From an uncultured delta proteobacterium (lineage in GTDB: Bacteria > Myxococcota_A > Polyangia > Fen-1088), in the NCBI GenBank assembly GCA_963796685.1, contig CAWCMR010000025.1:640001-704000 (forward strand): a stretch of DNA of 64,000 nt, written 5' to 3'. Positions 1 to 15,096 of this stretch are shown here, piece by piece. Within the stretch, counting starts at the first letter, position 1. Every line of letters begins with the position of its first letter. The notes beneath the pieces were generated by a model. That model was not told the origin of the DNA, searched no databases, and saw only the letters and a list, made by a program, of their open reading frames with translations. The position numbers were made by a program, and so were the translations under genes.

Positions 1-40
1 TTTGATACCAATTATTACTCACTATTGTCGCGAGGATGCC

Positions 41-1767
41 ATGCGGAATAGATCACGGAAGACCTCAGCTGTTGCCGGAAGCAAGTCGCCTGACCAGGGA
101 GCCGACGCCATCGCCGAATCGCGCCGAGGCTTCCTGATGCTGGGTGGTGCCGCAGTGGTCGCGGGCCTCGTCGATGCTTGCACGAGCACAACCACGGCTG
201 GTTCCGGCAGCGGAGGACGTCCCGGAGCGGGCGGAGCTGCCGCAGGAGGGACCGGGTCCGGCGGTGCAACCGGAAATGGGGGCACCTCTGGAAATGGGGG
301 CATCTATGGAAGCGGCGGCGCGTCCGCAAGCGGAGGCGCGTCTGGATCGGGTGGCAAGCCAGGATCGGGTGGTGCACCGGATCCGGAGGGACCTCCGCGA
401 ATGGCGGCTCGTCCGGAAACGGCGGTTCATCCGCAAGTGGTGGCGCACCTGGATCAGGCGGAAAACCTGGAAGTGGCGGCGCCCCAGGCGGCGGCGGCGC
501 ACCTGGAACAGGTGGCAAGCCGGGATCCGGCGGCGCATCCGGAAGCGGTGGATCCGGTGTGGGTGGAAGTGGCGGCCCGGATGGCGGCGGGGGTGGAACA
601 GCGAAGTGGCCCGCCGAGGATACCAGCGCGGGCGTCTGCACCGTCGGCACCGTTCCCTCCGTGAACAATGCCAAGCTCCCCGATCCGTTCATGCTCTTCA
701 GTGGGAAGAGGATCTCCACGAAGGAAGAGTGGACGTGCCTACGGGCCGAGCTCAGCGCCGCGTTGCAGAAGGGCGTCTACGGGCCGAAGATGCCTCCGCC
801 CGATACCCTGACCGCTACCTACAGCGGTGGCAAGATGACCGTCACCATGAAGGTCGGCAGCACCTCGGCCAACTTCAGCGTGACAATCACCGGCGGAGGC
901 AGCCAGGCTAGCCCGGTGCCTTGCCTCATTACCTGCGGCGGCTCGTCTCTGCCCAAGCTTTCTGGCGTGGCGCAAATCGACATGTCGAACAACAGCTTTG
1001 CCAGCGAGACGGACCTGAGCGGCATCGTCAAGAACCTGTATGGGAGCGCCTGCACCAAGAGCGGCGCCTTGATTGGTTGGGCGTGGGGATGTAGCCGCAT
1101 CATCGACGGGCTTGAGCTGTGCCCCGAAGCCGGGATCGACACGAAACGCCTCGCCGTCACGGGCTGCTCACGAAACGGCAAGGGCGCTCTCGCCATGGGT
1201 GCGTTCGACGAGCGCGTCGCGCTCACGCTCATGCAAGAGGGTGGCTCCGGTGGCAGCGCGCTGTGGCGCGTCTCCTCGAAGGAGAAGAGCTTGGGTGAGA
1301 ATATCCAAGAGTGCGGAGAAATCACCGGTGAGGCCAAGTGGCAGGGCAGCGATTTCAAGAGCTACTGCAGCACGACGTGCGCCACCTTGCCGTGCGATCA
1401 GCACTTCGCCGTTGCGCTCTGCGCCCCACGCGCGGTGCTGCTCATCGAGAACGACATCGACTGGCTGGGGCCCGTCGCGAGCTACGGCGGAGGCATCGCC
1501 GGGAGGGCGATTTTCGAGGGTCTTGGAATCAAGGACCGCTGTGGCGTGACCCTCAGGGGCAATCACTCCCACTGCGCGTTCCCGTCGAACCAGCAGGCCG
1601 ATCTCGATTGCTTCGTGAACCGATTCCTGAAGGGGCAAAACGTCACCACCAGCGTGGACGCGTTCCAGGCGACGAACACCAAGCTGGGCTCGTTCAAACC
1701 CGCCGATTGGATCGACTGGACCACCCCGACCTTGACCGGCAATCTCCCGTTCGACCCGTTCGCTTAG
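41..1767 (+). CDS. CE15 family glucuronoyl esterase, Tat-type signal plus Gly/Ser linker; 1-nt frameshift near 376
   Basis: N-terminus from ORF 2..664 (SRRGFL twin-Arg, hydrophobic stretch, VDAC) joins ORF 178..1767, which carries CE15 motifs VTGCSRNGKGA, QEGGSGG, DQH and HSHCAFP. Restoring one base in gca(a)ccgga makes the GSGG linker continuous. Confidence 0.85.
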
Positions 1768-1795
1768 GGCCGCGCGGAAACGGCCGCTCAGGCGG

Positions 1796-3406
<1,611 letters not shown>

Positions 3407-3454
3407 GCGGCCAACCTAGTTGTGGGCTGCACGTGGAGGTATCATACTCCGCCC

Positions 3455-4282
3455 ATGTTCCGCATTCTTCCTATCCTACTTGTCTTCGCAACATCGGTTT
3501 CCACGACGGTGGTTTCGTCGCCGGCATGGGCCGGCGGAAAGAAGAAGTCCGCCGGCGCGGCCAGCCTCGGCGAAAAGCAGCCCGATGCCGTCGACATAGG
3601 CGAGGCCAAGAAGGATCTGGTCGTGCTTTCCGACGGCAAGCAGCACTTCATCGTGGTGATCCCGTTCGGCGACTTCTACACCCACTTCTACTACGGTGAC
3701 GGCAAGCGCTTCTATGCGCAGCGGGTGACCGGCGGCGGCGCCAACGGCAAGGAATCGTGGGACCGGGTCTTCTGGGAGCCGCGGGTCGTCGAGCGCTGGA
3801 AGGCCGGCATCACCTTCGCCAAGGACCAGTACAAGGTGCAGTGTGGAGACCGGGCCACCGAGTTTTCGCCCGTCGACGGCGACCAGCGCGCCAAGATCCT
3901 CGACTCCGCGTCGTTTTTCAAGCCGCTGTGGCTGCACCAACCCTACTCGCTTTCGCGCGACAACAAGGGCAACTACTACTTCGTGGATCGGCTGCGCGAG
4001 CCCGAGAACAACAAGAGCTTCCGCCTCTACGCCGGGACACGCGGCAATCTCAAGTTGCTCCGAATGACCAACGTGGTCAGCGATTCCCAGGGCGACATCT
4101 TCACCACCAAGAAGGGCGAGCTGCGTCTGGTTCTCGACCGCAAGAAGTCGAGCTGGTTTCAGGGCAAGGCCGAGACCGACCTCATCAACCTGCCGCTCGA
4201 TGACAACCGGGTCATGATCTACACCGACCTCGGCGTCTATGCCGGCCAGCGCCTGGGCACGCCCTGCGACGATCTGCTGTGA
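3455..4282 (+). CDS. Hypothetical secreted protein
   Basis: Signal peptide MFRILPILLVFATSVST..PAWA, typical codon usage, stop overlaps trpB start. Confidence 0.75.
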   Translation: MFRILPILLVFATSVSTTVVSSPAWAGGKKKSAGAASLGEKQPDAVDIGEAKKDLVVLSDGKQHFIVVIPFGDFYTHFYYGDGKRFYAQRVTGGGANGKESWDRVFWEPRVVERWKAGITFAKDQYKVQCGDRATEFSPVDGDQRAKILDSASFFKPLWLHQPYSLSRDNKGNYYFVDRLREPENNKSFRLYAGTRGNLKLLRMTNVVSDSQGDIFTTKKGELRLVLDRKKSSWFQGKAETDLINLPLDDNRVMIYTDLGVYAGQRLGTPCDDLL

Positions 4283-5532
4283 TGTCCACATCCCTTTCTC
4301 CCGATAAAGCACGCGGCTACTTCGGCGATTTCGGCGGCGCCTACCTGCCCGAGATCCTGGTGGCGACCTTCCGCGACCTCGAGGCCGCCTTCGCCCAGGC
4401 GCAGGCCGACCCGGCGTTCTGGCGCGAATACGAAACTCTCATGGGCGAATACTCGTGCCGGCCGACGCCGCTCACCTTCGCCGAGAATCTGACCCGCCAC
4501 TTCGGTGGGGCGAAGATCTTCGTCAAGCGCGAGGATCTCAACCACACCGGCGCGCACAAGGCCAACAACGTGATGGGGCAAGGCTTGCTCGTGCGCCGCA
4601 TGGGCAAGCAGCGCGTGATCGCGGAGACCGGCGCCGGCCAGCACGGCGTGGCCACCGCGACCATGGCGGCGAAGTTCGGTTTCGACTGCACCGTCTACAT
4701 GGGCGAGGTCGACGTCGAACGCCAGCGCCCCAACGTGTTCTGGATGGAGCGCCTCGGGGCCGAGGTGGTGGCGGTGAAGGACGGCGCGCGCACGCTCAAG
4801 GACGCCATCAACGAGGCCTTCCGCGACTGGGCCGCCAACATGGACACCACCCACTACGTGCTCGGTACGGCGTGCGGACCGCACCCGTTCCCCACCATGG
4901 TAGCGTACTTTCAATCGATCATCGGCAAGGAGCTGCGCGGCCAGGTCTTGCGGCGCGCGGGCCGGCTGCCGCGACGGATCTACGCCTGCGTAGGTGGCGG
5001 CTCGAACGCGCTCGGCGTGTTCGGCGCTTTTCTCGACGATCCTGCGGTCGAGCTCGTGGGCGTCGAAGCCGGCGGCCGCGGTCTCGAGACCCACCAGCAC
5101 GCCGCGCGCTTGGCTTCGAAGGACGCAAGCGTGGGCGTTGCCCAAGGCTACCGCACCTATTTCCTGCAAAATCCCGATGGGCAAATGCTCGACACGCACT
5201 CCGTCGCCGCGGGCCTGGACTACATCGGCGTGTCGCCCATCCTGGCCCACCTGCGCGACACGGGGCGCGTGCGCTTCGAGGCCGCCACGGACAAGGAGGT
5301 GGTCGAGGCCCTGGCCCTCACCGTGCGCAGCGAGGGTCTCATTCCCGCCCTCGAATCGGCGCACGCCTTCGTGCAGGCCTTCAAAGAGGCACCTACGCTC
5401 GGGGCCGACGACGTCATCGTGATCAACCAATCCGGACGCGGTGACAAGGACATCTTCACCGTGGCCGAGGCCTTCGGCGACCCGGCCTGGGAAGATTTCA
5501 TTTGCCGCAAGGCCAACAAGTACACACGCTAA
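4279..5532 (+). CDS. trpB: Tryptophan synthase beta chain
   Basis: KREDLNHTGAHKANN (PLP Lys), AETGAGQHG, CVGGGSNA, AGLDY, ALESAHA, SGRGDKD. Confidence 0.97.
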   Translation: MMSTSLSPDKARGYFGDFGGAYLPEILVATFRDLEAAFAQAQADPAFWREYETLMGEYSCRPTPLTFAENLTRHFGGAKIFVKREDLNHTGAHKANNVMGQGLLVRRMGKQRVIAETGAGQHGVATATMAAKFGFDCTVYMGEVDVERQRPNVFWMERLGAEVVAVKDGARTLKDAINEAFRDWAANMDTTHYVLGTACGPHPFPTMVAYFQSIIGKELRGQVLRRAGRLPRRIYACVGGGSNALGVFGAFLDDPAVELVGVEAGGRGLETHQHAARLASKDASVGVAQGYRTYFLQNPDGQMLDTHSVAAGLDYIGVSPILAHLRDTGRVRFEAATDKEVVEALALTVRSEGLIPALESAHAFVQAFKEAPTLGADDVIVINQSGRGDKDIFTVAEAFGDPAWEDFICRKANKYTR

Positions 5533-5537
5533 ACACC

Positions 5538-6305
5538 ATGCTCGAAGCCCGAATCCGCGACGCACGCGCCAAGAAAGAGGTCCTGCTCATGACCCACATC
5601 GTGGTGGGTTATCCGAGCTTCGAGGCCTCGCTGCAAATCGTGGACGCCATGGTGGAGGCGGGCGTGGATCTGATGGAGCTGCAGATCCCCTTTTCCGAGC
5701 CCATGGCCGACGGCCCGGTCATCCTGGCCGCCAACCAGAAAGCGCTGGCCCAGGGCTCGACCGTCGAGCGCTGCTTCGACTTCGCCGCCAGGGTCACCCG
5801 TCGCCACGGCATTCCGTTTCTCTTCATGAGCTACTACAACGTGCTCTTCCACGCCGGCGTCGCCGGCTTCGTCGACCGAATGAAGGCCGCCGGGCTTGGT
5901 GGAGCCATCGTGCCCGACCTGCCGCCCGAGGAGGCGGGCACGTACTTGCCCGCCATGGAGCGCGCGGGGCTCGACCCCGTCTTCATCTACTCGCCCAGCA
6001 CCAGCGACGAGCGCATGCGCCTCATTGGCGACCAGGGCCGCGGCTTCATCTACTGCGTGGCCCGCAAAGGCGTGACCGGCGTGCACACCACGTTTTCCGC
6101 CGAGCTCGACGCCTACCTCGCGCGCTGTCGGGCCGCCACCCGGTTGCCCTTGGCCGTCGGCTTCGGCGTGCAAGCCGCATCCGACGTAGACTTCCTGCGC
6201 GGCAAGGTCGACATCGCTGTGGTGGGCTCGGCCACCCTGCGCCTGATCGACGAAAAGGGCGTCGCCGCCGTGGGCGACTTCATCCGCGGGCTGCGTCGGG
6301 GCTGA
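5538..6305 (+). CDS. trpA: Tryptophan synthase alpha chain
   Basis: ELQIPFSEPMADGPVI, YCVARKGVTG, AVGFG, VVGSA; directly after trpB. Confidence 0.95.
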   Translation: MLEARIRDARAKKEVLLMTHIVVGYPSFEASLQIVDAMVEAGVDLMELQIPFSEPMADGPVILAANQKALAQGSTVERCFDFAARVTRRHGIPFLFMSYYNVLFHAGVAGFVDRMKAAGLGGAIVPDLPPEEAGTYLPAMERAGLDPVFIYSPSTSDERMRLIGDQGRGFIYCVARKGVTGVHTTFSAELDAYLARCRAATRLPLAVGFGVQAASDVDFLRGKVDIAVVGSATLRLIDEKGVAAVGDFIRGLRRG

Positions 6306-6353
6306 TCGGAAATGGCAAGGCGCCACAGCGAGATGGTGCACGAAGGAGGCACC

Positions 6354-7292
6354 ATGCCCCGATCCATCGTCTTCGCCGGTTGGTTCGCGTTCACCCTGGG
6401 TTGCGGCGGCGGCAGCGACAGCGGCGCGCGGGACGGAGGGGGGAGCGGGTTCGGCAACGTTGCCATGCTGAGTGGCGATCCGGTCGGCCTGGGGTTGGAT
6501 TCGAGCGACAAGCTCACCCGCGTGATTCCCGCCGCCATCGGCGGTTCGGACGTCACCGGCACGGCGGCCGTCCTTGGCCGGTGGAGTGCCACGTCGACCT
6601 CGACCATGTTCATTGCGCTGGTCACCAACCGCGGCAGCCGCCGCCAGTGCTTCATCCAGACCAGCACCTACGAGCTGCTCGACTCCACCGGCGCCACCCT
6701 CGGCACGAACCCGGAGATGTTCGTCACCGGCTCGGTGGGCAAGCTCAAGGACGGGAGCATGTACACCGCGACCTGCCTCGACGTGGGGGAAGCCGGCTAC
6801 CTACTCGATCTCCCCGTGACCCCGGACTTCGGGGCGGTTGCGGGTGCGCGCATTACGCTGACCACCTCGACCAGCGACTGGGTGGCGCCGGAGACCGCCA
6901 TCATCCCAGTTTCCTACGCCGCCTCCGCGCGCAAGCAGGAATACACGGTCACCGTCGCCAACCGGGGCGCCGTGACCGGCACGGTGAACATGGGCACCGC
7001 CATCTTCTTCGACGACACCGACACCCCCGCCTTCTGGGATTTCCTCTCCCCCGGCACCGACATCAACGTCGTCCCCTACGACCTCGCCCCGGGCCTCACC
7101 CACCCACTGATCTCCATGGGGAGCAGCAACGTCTGGACCGGCAACTCGACCAGGCAACTGGTGCTGGTCGACTTCAACGTCCCTTCAACCGTGAAAGCCC
7201 TGACCCTGTCCCCGGATCCCGACGCCGAATCCGCCGCCGCCGAGGAGCGTTGGCGCGAAGAATTGGCGACGAAGCTCGCTGCCCGCAGATAG
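6354..7292 (+). CDS. Hypothetical lipoprotein
   Basis: AGGAGG RBS, signal peptide with lipobox TLGC, Thr-rich beta-type body. Confidence 0.7.
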   Translation: MPRSIVFAGWFAFTLGCGGGSDSGARDGGGSGFGNVAMLSGDPVGLGLDSSDKLTRVIPAAIGGSDVTGTAAVLGRWSATSTSTMFIALVTNRGSRRQCFIQTSTYELLDSTGATLGTNPEMFVTGSVGKLKDGSMYTATCLDVGEAGYLLDLPVTPDFGAVAGARITLTTSTSDWVAPETAIIPVSYAASARKQEYTVTVANRGAVTGTVNMGTAIFFDDTDTPAFWDFLSPGTDINVVPYDLAPGLTHPLISMGSSNVWTGNSTRQLVLVDFNVPSTVKALTLSPDPDAESAAAEERWREELATKLAARR

Positions 7293-7391
7293 CCCACGGA
7301 CACGGGCAGCGCGAGAAGCTGCTCTCGAAGAAGACGGCGAGGCGCCCGAGATCCCGGCGACTGGTGCGGAACTCCGTGGTAGCACGTCGGC

Positions 7392-7877
7392 ATGGCCCAT
7401 CGGATCAGAAATGCGCGCGAGGAGGACCTGGCCACGGTCGGCCAGCTGGCCGGGCAGCTGGTGCGCATGCACCACGCCTGGGATCGCCAGCGCTGGATGA
7501 TGCCCGACGGGGTCGAAGAGGGCTATGCCCGATTCTTCGCCAGCCAACTCGACGATCCCGACACGGTCATTCTGGCCGCCGAGAACCGCCTTGGCGAAGT
7601 CGTCGGCTATGCCTACGCTGCCCTCGAGCCGCGCAGTTGGGCCGACCTGCGCGAGGCATGCGGCAAGCTGCACGACGTGTTTGTGGCCACCCCTGCGCGC
7701 CGCCAGGGCATTGGCGGGGCGCTGGCCCGCGAAGCCATGGCGCGCCTGCGCGACCTAGGCGCGCCGCGCGTGGTACTGACCTCGGCCTGGCAGAACCACG
7801 AAGCGCACGCTCTCTTCCACGCGCTCGGCTTTCGCGAAACCATGATCGAGATGGCCAAGGAGCTGTCAGGGAATTGA
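7392..7877 (+). CDS. GNAT family N-acetyltransferase
   Basis: VFVATPARRQGIGGAL acetyl-CoA motif; NHEAHALFHALGF. Confidence 0.9.
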   Translation: MAHRIRNAREEDLATVGQLAGQLVRMHHAWDRQRWMMPDGVEEGYARFFASQLDDPDTVILAAENRLGEVVGYAYAALEPRSWADLREACGKLHDVFVATPARRQGIGGALAREAMARLRDLGAPRVVLTSAWQNHEAHALFHALGFRETMIEMAKELSGN

Positions 7878-7899
7878 GGGAAGGGCTGGCGGCGGGCGT

Positions 7900-8088
7900 T
7901 CAGCGTTTCTCGGCCTGGTGGCGCAGCACGGTCTTGAGCTTTTCGGGCGCGCTCCGGCGCGGATCGCCGAGATAGATTTCGTGGTGCTGGTTGGCAAGCA
8001 AATATCCGTGGTCCTGTGCGAAGGCCTGCATGCGCTCCACGGTCGCCTGCTCGGCACTGTAGGGGCCGATGTCACTTGCCGCGCGCAC
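7900..8088 (-). pseudogene. C-terminal remnant of a GyrI-like small-molecule-binding protein
   Basis: IGPYSAEQATVERM..HHEIYLGDPRRSAPEKLKTVLRH matches the GyrI-like C-terminus; no N-terminal part upstream. Confidence 0.7.
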
Positions 8089-8494
8089 CCCAGAATGTGT
8101 CTGGATCGATCCTTCGTCAACCAGCCGCTGGGGCGAAGGGAAGAACCTTTGGCACCCACCGACTACTGGCGCCGACTACCGCCGCATCGAGCCGTCGCGT
8201 CGCGCTGTAGAAGCCATTGCCGGCGAGCGGCATCGCCGGTAACCCTGCCTTTCCAAGTGCCATATCTCCCTGAATTCCTGTGAGCATTTCGGCGATCACG
8301 TTCCGAAAAGCGCGGGGTTGGCTGGGATTCGCAGACTGGGTCCCGCACCGCCAGTGTCACCGCCGCAACGTTCGGTTTCGCTCTCACGGATCGAGTTCTT
8401 CCGACAGCCAACGCTGGGAATGGTATATTCGCCTGCTACTGGGCCTGCCAAGAATCGGCCATGTTCGGTTTACCTGTTGTTCGAAGGAGCGCTC

Positions 8495-9655
8495 ATGACA
8501 TCGTCGTCTCTTGACCGCAGAGTATCCTCGTCGACCTCCATTCTCGGGCCAGCTCTGGCGCTCCTGCTCGCAGCGGGTTGCTCGAGTGGGGGAGGAACCA
8601 TCAACGGCGCTGGTGGCACCGCTGCCGGCGGCGCCACCGGCAGCGGCGGCTCCTCCACGCTTGGTGGGGCTGGCGGAACCGGCGGCGCAAACCCCTCCGG
8701 AGGAACTCCCGGCGCTGGCGGAACCACCGGAAAAGGCGGAACCACCGGCAGCGGCGGCGTCCCATCCTCGGGCGGAGTCACCGGCTCTGGCGGCACTCCT
8801 GGCAGCGGCGGCACACACGGCAGCGGCGGCACTCCTGGCAGCGGCGGCGTCCCTGGCAGCGGCGGCGTCCCTGGCAGCGGCGGCACCGGGAAAGGTGGAA
8901 CCACCGGCTCGGGTGGCAACGCCGGCAGGGATGGTGGCGCCGGAAGCGGCGGCGCCCCTGGAACCGACGCTGCGGCCACGACGGACGGCGGAAGTTGCTC
9001 GACCACCATGCCGAGCGGCGGTCAGACGTGCAGTGGAGGCAATTGTAATGGCACGGCCGACGGCCTGGGCTATGGCATCTGGGAGAGTGGAAGCGGGGGC
9101 AGCATCACGTACTTCACCAATGCTCACGCGTTTTCCGCATCTTGGACCGCCAGTAGTGCTGACTTCCTGGCCCATCTCGGCCTGGATTTCAGGCCCGCCA
9201 AGGCTTCCACCGCCTACGGAACGATTGTGGCCGATTTCTCCGAGGTCAAGAAAGTCACGAGCAATCCTCCCTGGTCATCCATTGGAATGTACGGATGGAT
9301 GAACAGTCCATGTATTGAATGGTACATCAATGAGGATTCGTTCAATGGTATGGGCGGGCGGGGCAGTGTCACCGCCACGATTGATGGAGCTACCTACTAC
9401 TTGTCCACACAACAAACGACCGGAACCGGAGGCGCCAATGCTTGCGAATCCGGTCACACGGGCAGCTGGACTCAGATCCACAGCACTCGGTCCGCGGCTC
9501 GCCAATGCGGAACCATTACCGTCAGCGACCACTTCAAGGCGTGGGCGGCGCAGGGCTGGAGCCTGGGAAGCCTGACCATGGTTCATATCAATGTGGAAGT
9601 GGGGGGCGGCGCCGGAACGATTGACTTCCCGGTGGCGAACGTTACGGCGAACTGA
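8495..9655 (+). CDS. GH11 endo-1,4-beta-xylanase lipoprotein with Gly-rich linker
   Basis: Lipobox AAGC; GH11 motifs YGWMNSPCIEWYINE, GTITVSDHFKAW and NVEVGGG (both catalytic Glu present). Confidence 0.85.
   Translation: MTSSSLDRRVSSSTSILGPALALLLAAGCSSGGGTINGAGGTAAGGATGSGGSSTLGGAGGTGGANPSGGTPGAGGTTGKGGTTGSGGVPSSGGVTGSGGTPGSGGTHGSGGTPGSGGVPGSGGVPGSGGTGKGGTTGSGGNAGRDGGAGSGGAPGTDAAATTDGGSCSTTMPSGGQTCSGGNCNGTADGLGYGIWESGSGGSITYFTNAHAFSASWTASSADFLAHLGLDFRPAKASTAYGTIVADFSEVKKVTSNPPWSSIGMYGWMNSPCIEWYINEDSFNGMGGRGSVTATIDGATYYLSTQQTTGTGGANACESGHTGSWTQIHSTRSAARQCGTITVSDHFKAWAAQGWSLGSLTMVHINVEVGGGAGTIDFPVANVTAN
8745..8890 (+). repeat. Imperfect 18-bp coding tandem repeat (GSGGxP linker)
   Basis: Recurring ggcagcggcggc(act/gtc)cct units inside the GH11 linker. 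Confidence 0.7.
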
Positions 9656-9666
9656 GGCTCTGTTCC

Positions 9667-10761
9667 CTACCACCGCACAATCGCCCGCAACATCGTCAGC
9701 ATCAGCTTCCACACGGGCTCGATGACTTTGGTGAGCACCGGGCTGCGAAAATCGGGAAAGTCGATGACCGCGGTGAAGTGGCGCAGGATCTCGCGGTCGG
9801 GAACCCGGCGCATGCGCGCGACGTCGCGCCGGCCGCGCCACAGGTAGCGCCACGCCGACGGGCGCAGGAACCAGGCGAGCGAACGGACCTTGGCGCCGAG
9901 CCAACCCGCCTTGGCCGCCATCAGCAGAAGCCCGCAGTCGGCCACCAGCATGGCCGGCAGGAGCAGCAGCAGGGTGGCCAAACGGTAGTTCTTCAGCACC
10001 ACGATCCAGCGGTTGCGCTCCATCCAGTACCATTTGGACGAGGCCCGCGAGAACTCGTAGAAGTGCCGGCACACGCTCTTCGGGGCGATGAGATTGCGAA
10101 AGCCGGCCAGGCGGATACGCCAGCCCAAGTCCAGATCCTCGTGATAGAGCCACAGGGTCTCGTCGAGAAGACCGACCTTGCGCAGGACTTGCGCCGGCAA
10201 GAGCACGCACGCCCCCGAGGAAAAGGCGATGTCGTGCGACTCGCGCGCAACCTCGGCGCGCGCGCCCCGGTAGCCGCCCACGTAGCCGAAGCCGAGAAAG
10301 TGGATGTGGTTGCCGCTGGTGTTCACCACCTCGGGCTCGTCGCCCAGCACCAGCAGCGACTGCACCGACCCGACCTCGCGCGCGCTTTCGGCCACGCCCA
10401 CGATTTCCTTCAAAGCCGCGGGCTCGAAGGTCGCGTCGGGATTGAGAAGGAAGCAATAGTCCACACCGCGTTCCAGGGCCGCGCGCAGGGCGATGTTGTT
10501 GCCCACGGCGAACCCCAGGTTGGTCCCCGGTTCGTGGATCACCACCGCGGGCAGGCTCGCGCCCAGACGCTCGATCTCGCTCTTGGCGGCGGCCAAGCTG
10601 CCGTCGCCGGGGCCATTGTCGACCAAGTGGAGCTCGAGGCGATCGCGCGGATAGTCCACGAGCGCCAGGCTCTCCATCAGCCCACGCATGAACTTTCCGC
10701 AGCGGTAGATGACCGTTACCACGGCCACGCGAGGAGGAAGAGCAATCGCGTTGGCAGTCAA
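9667..10761 (-). CDS. Glycosyltransferase family 2
   Basis: VDNG, NLGFAVGNN, LLNPD, SGACVL, LYHEDLDLGWR. Confidence 0.9.
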   Translation of the reverse strand: MTANAIALPPRVAVVTVIYRCGKFMRGLMESLALVDYPRDRLELHLVDNGPGDGSLAAAKSEIERLGASLPAVVIHEPGTNLGFAVGNNIALRAALERGVDYCFLLNPDATFEPAALKEIVGVAESAREVGSVQSLLVLGDEPEVVNTSGNHIHFLGFGYVGGYRGARAEVARESHDIAFSSGACVLLPAQVLRKVGLLDETLWLYHEDLDLGWRIRLAGFRNLIAPKSVCRHFYEFSRASSKWYWMERNRWIVVLKNYRLATLLLLLPAMLVADCGLLLMAAKAGWLGAKVRSLAWFLRPSAWRYLWRGRRDVARMRRVPDREILRHFTAVIDFPDFRSPVLTKVIEPVWKLMLTMLRAIVRW

Positions 10762-10768
10762 TGCCGGC

Positions 10769-11992
10769 CTACTTGCGCGAATCCGGAGGCGCGTCGGCGG
10801 CCGCGAGCTCGGCCAGCACGTGAAGCGCGGCCTCGCGCTTGGCCCGCTTGCGCGACTCGGGGTCTTTCATGTTGGGCACGTGCCCACCGGGAGGGGTGGG
10901 CGGAACGGCCATCCTGGGCATTTCGGCGCTGGAGCGGCGGGCGCCCCCACCTTCTCGCCGGCGTGAAAGAGGCACGGGCGGCGGGGTGCGCACCGGCGCT
11001 GGCGTGGCGGCTGCGCGGAACGACGGCAACACCTCCTTGAGAAAGCGCTCGCGCTCGGCGGCCTCCTCGACCATGGCCTTGCCGTAGATGGCGTGCATGA
11101 GCTCGGACACACGCGCGGCGTCGGTGCGAGGCGCCGCCTCGGCGATGGCGTCCGAGAGCGCGAAACGAAACTCCTCGGCGTTGGCGAAGCGCTTGCTGCG
11201 GTCCGGGGCCAGGGCGCGCATGAGCACCTCGTCGAGGGCCGGTGTCACCCACGGCGCGCGCGTCGACGGCGGCATGGGCTTGGGGTGGCGGACCATGGCC
11301 AACGCCGCGGCGGGATCGAGACCCGAGATCTGCAGGTACTGGTGCCCGGTGAGAAGCTCCCACAACACCACCGCCAGCGAATACACGTCGGTGCCGGGAT
11401 CGGCAACCTCGCCACGCGCCTGCTCGGGGGCGAGGTACGCCGCGCGGCCGAACACCACGCCCGGCTGGGTGTGCTCTTGCTTGAGCGCGCTGCGGGCCAG
11501 ACCGAAATCGGTCAGCTTCACGTCGCCGTTGTAGGCCAGCATGATGTTGGGCGGGGCCACGTCGCGATGGACCAGGTTGAGCTCACCGTAGGTGTGCACG
11601 TAGTAGAGCGTCCTGGCCAACTCGCGCGCGACGTGCAAGGCCACCTCGATGGGAATGCGGTGACGGACGCGCACGCAGCGATTCCACACCTCGCGCAGAT
11701 CCTTGCCCTCGACCATTTCCATGGCGATGTAGAACTCGCGCTCGACCTGGCCGGCGTCGAAGGTGTTCACCAAGCCCGAGTGGGCGAGCCGCAACACGAC
11801 CTTGGCCTCGTCGAGGAAGCGCTTGGCCTTGCCCTCGTCGGACTTCTCCGGAATGACCTTCTTGATCACGCACAGCTTGTCGAAGCCGTCGATTTGCCCG
11901 AGCGCCGCGACGTAGATCTCGCCCATGCCGCCCTTGGCCAGCGGTTTGAGCAGGACATATTTGCCGAACTGTCGCGGGTAACTGACAGCCAT
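10769..11992 (-). CDS. Cytoplasmic Ser/Thr protein kinase
   Basis: AKGGMG, VIKK, HRDVAPPN, DFG, YLAPEQ; no TM segment. Confidence 0.9.
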   Translation of the reverse strand: MAVSYPRQFGKYVLLKPLAKGGMGEIYVAALGQIDGFDKLCVIKKVIPEKSDEGKAKRFLDEAKVVLRLAHSGLVNTFDAGQVEREFYIAMEMVEGKDLREVWNRCVRVRHRIPIEVALHVARELARTLYYVHTYGELNLVHRDVAPPNIMLAYNGDVKLTDFGLARSALKQEHTQPGVVFGRAAYLAPEQARGEVADPGTDVYSLAVVLWELLTGHQYLQISGLDPAAALAMVRHPKPMPPSTRAPWVTPALDEVLMRALAPDRSKRFANAEEFRFALSDAIAEAAPRTDAARVSELMHAIYGKAMVEEAAERERFLKEVLPSFRAAATPAPVRTPPPVPLSRRREGGGARRSSAEMPRMAVPPTPPGGHVPNMKDPESRKRAKREAALHVLAELAAADAPPDSRK

Positions 11993-12123
11993 CGTTCTCC
12001 GAAGCAAAGACTCTGGGGGGTTCTTTCGAGCCCCCGCGAGGGACGCCCCCGGGCAAAGCCCACCGGCGCCCACGCGAGCGTAGCTTATCAGCGCCGGGCG
12101 CACGCGGACAGTCGGCGGTAGCG

Positions 12124-14947
<2,824 letters not shown>

Positions 14948-15096
14948 GTAACAGCGTGCTGCTTGTTGATCTTACGGGAACGGGCGCAAGATTCCTAGAG
15001 ATCTGGCCCGCGTGAAGGCCAAACCATACACCGATCTGTTCCCTGGGACAGCCCAGAAGGTGCGGGATTCCGCCAGGTTCGCCGCCTGCCGCCGGG

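Noticed and set aside
4279-6305. trpBA separated from other trp genes as a novelty
   Set aside because: Split trp operons are common
5441-7975. 844-aa ORF and other long Arg/Pro/Ala-rich ORFs (e.g. 24299..26443, 46489..48396, 53889..56000)
   Set aside because: Shadow frames of clear genes in high-GC DNA; no motifs
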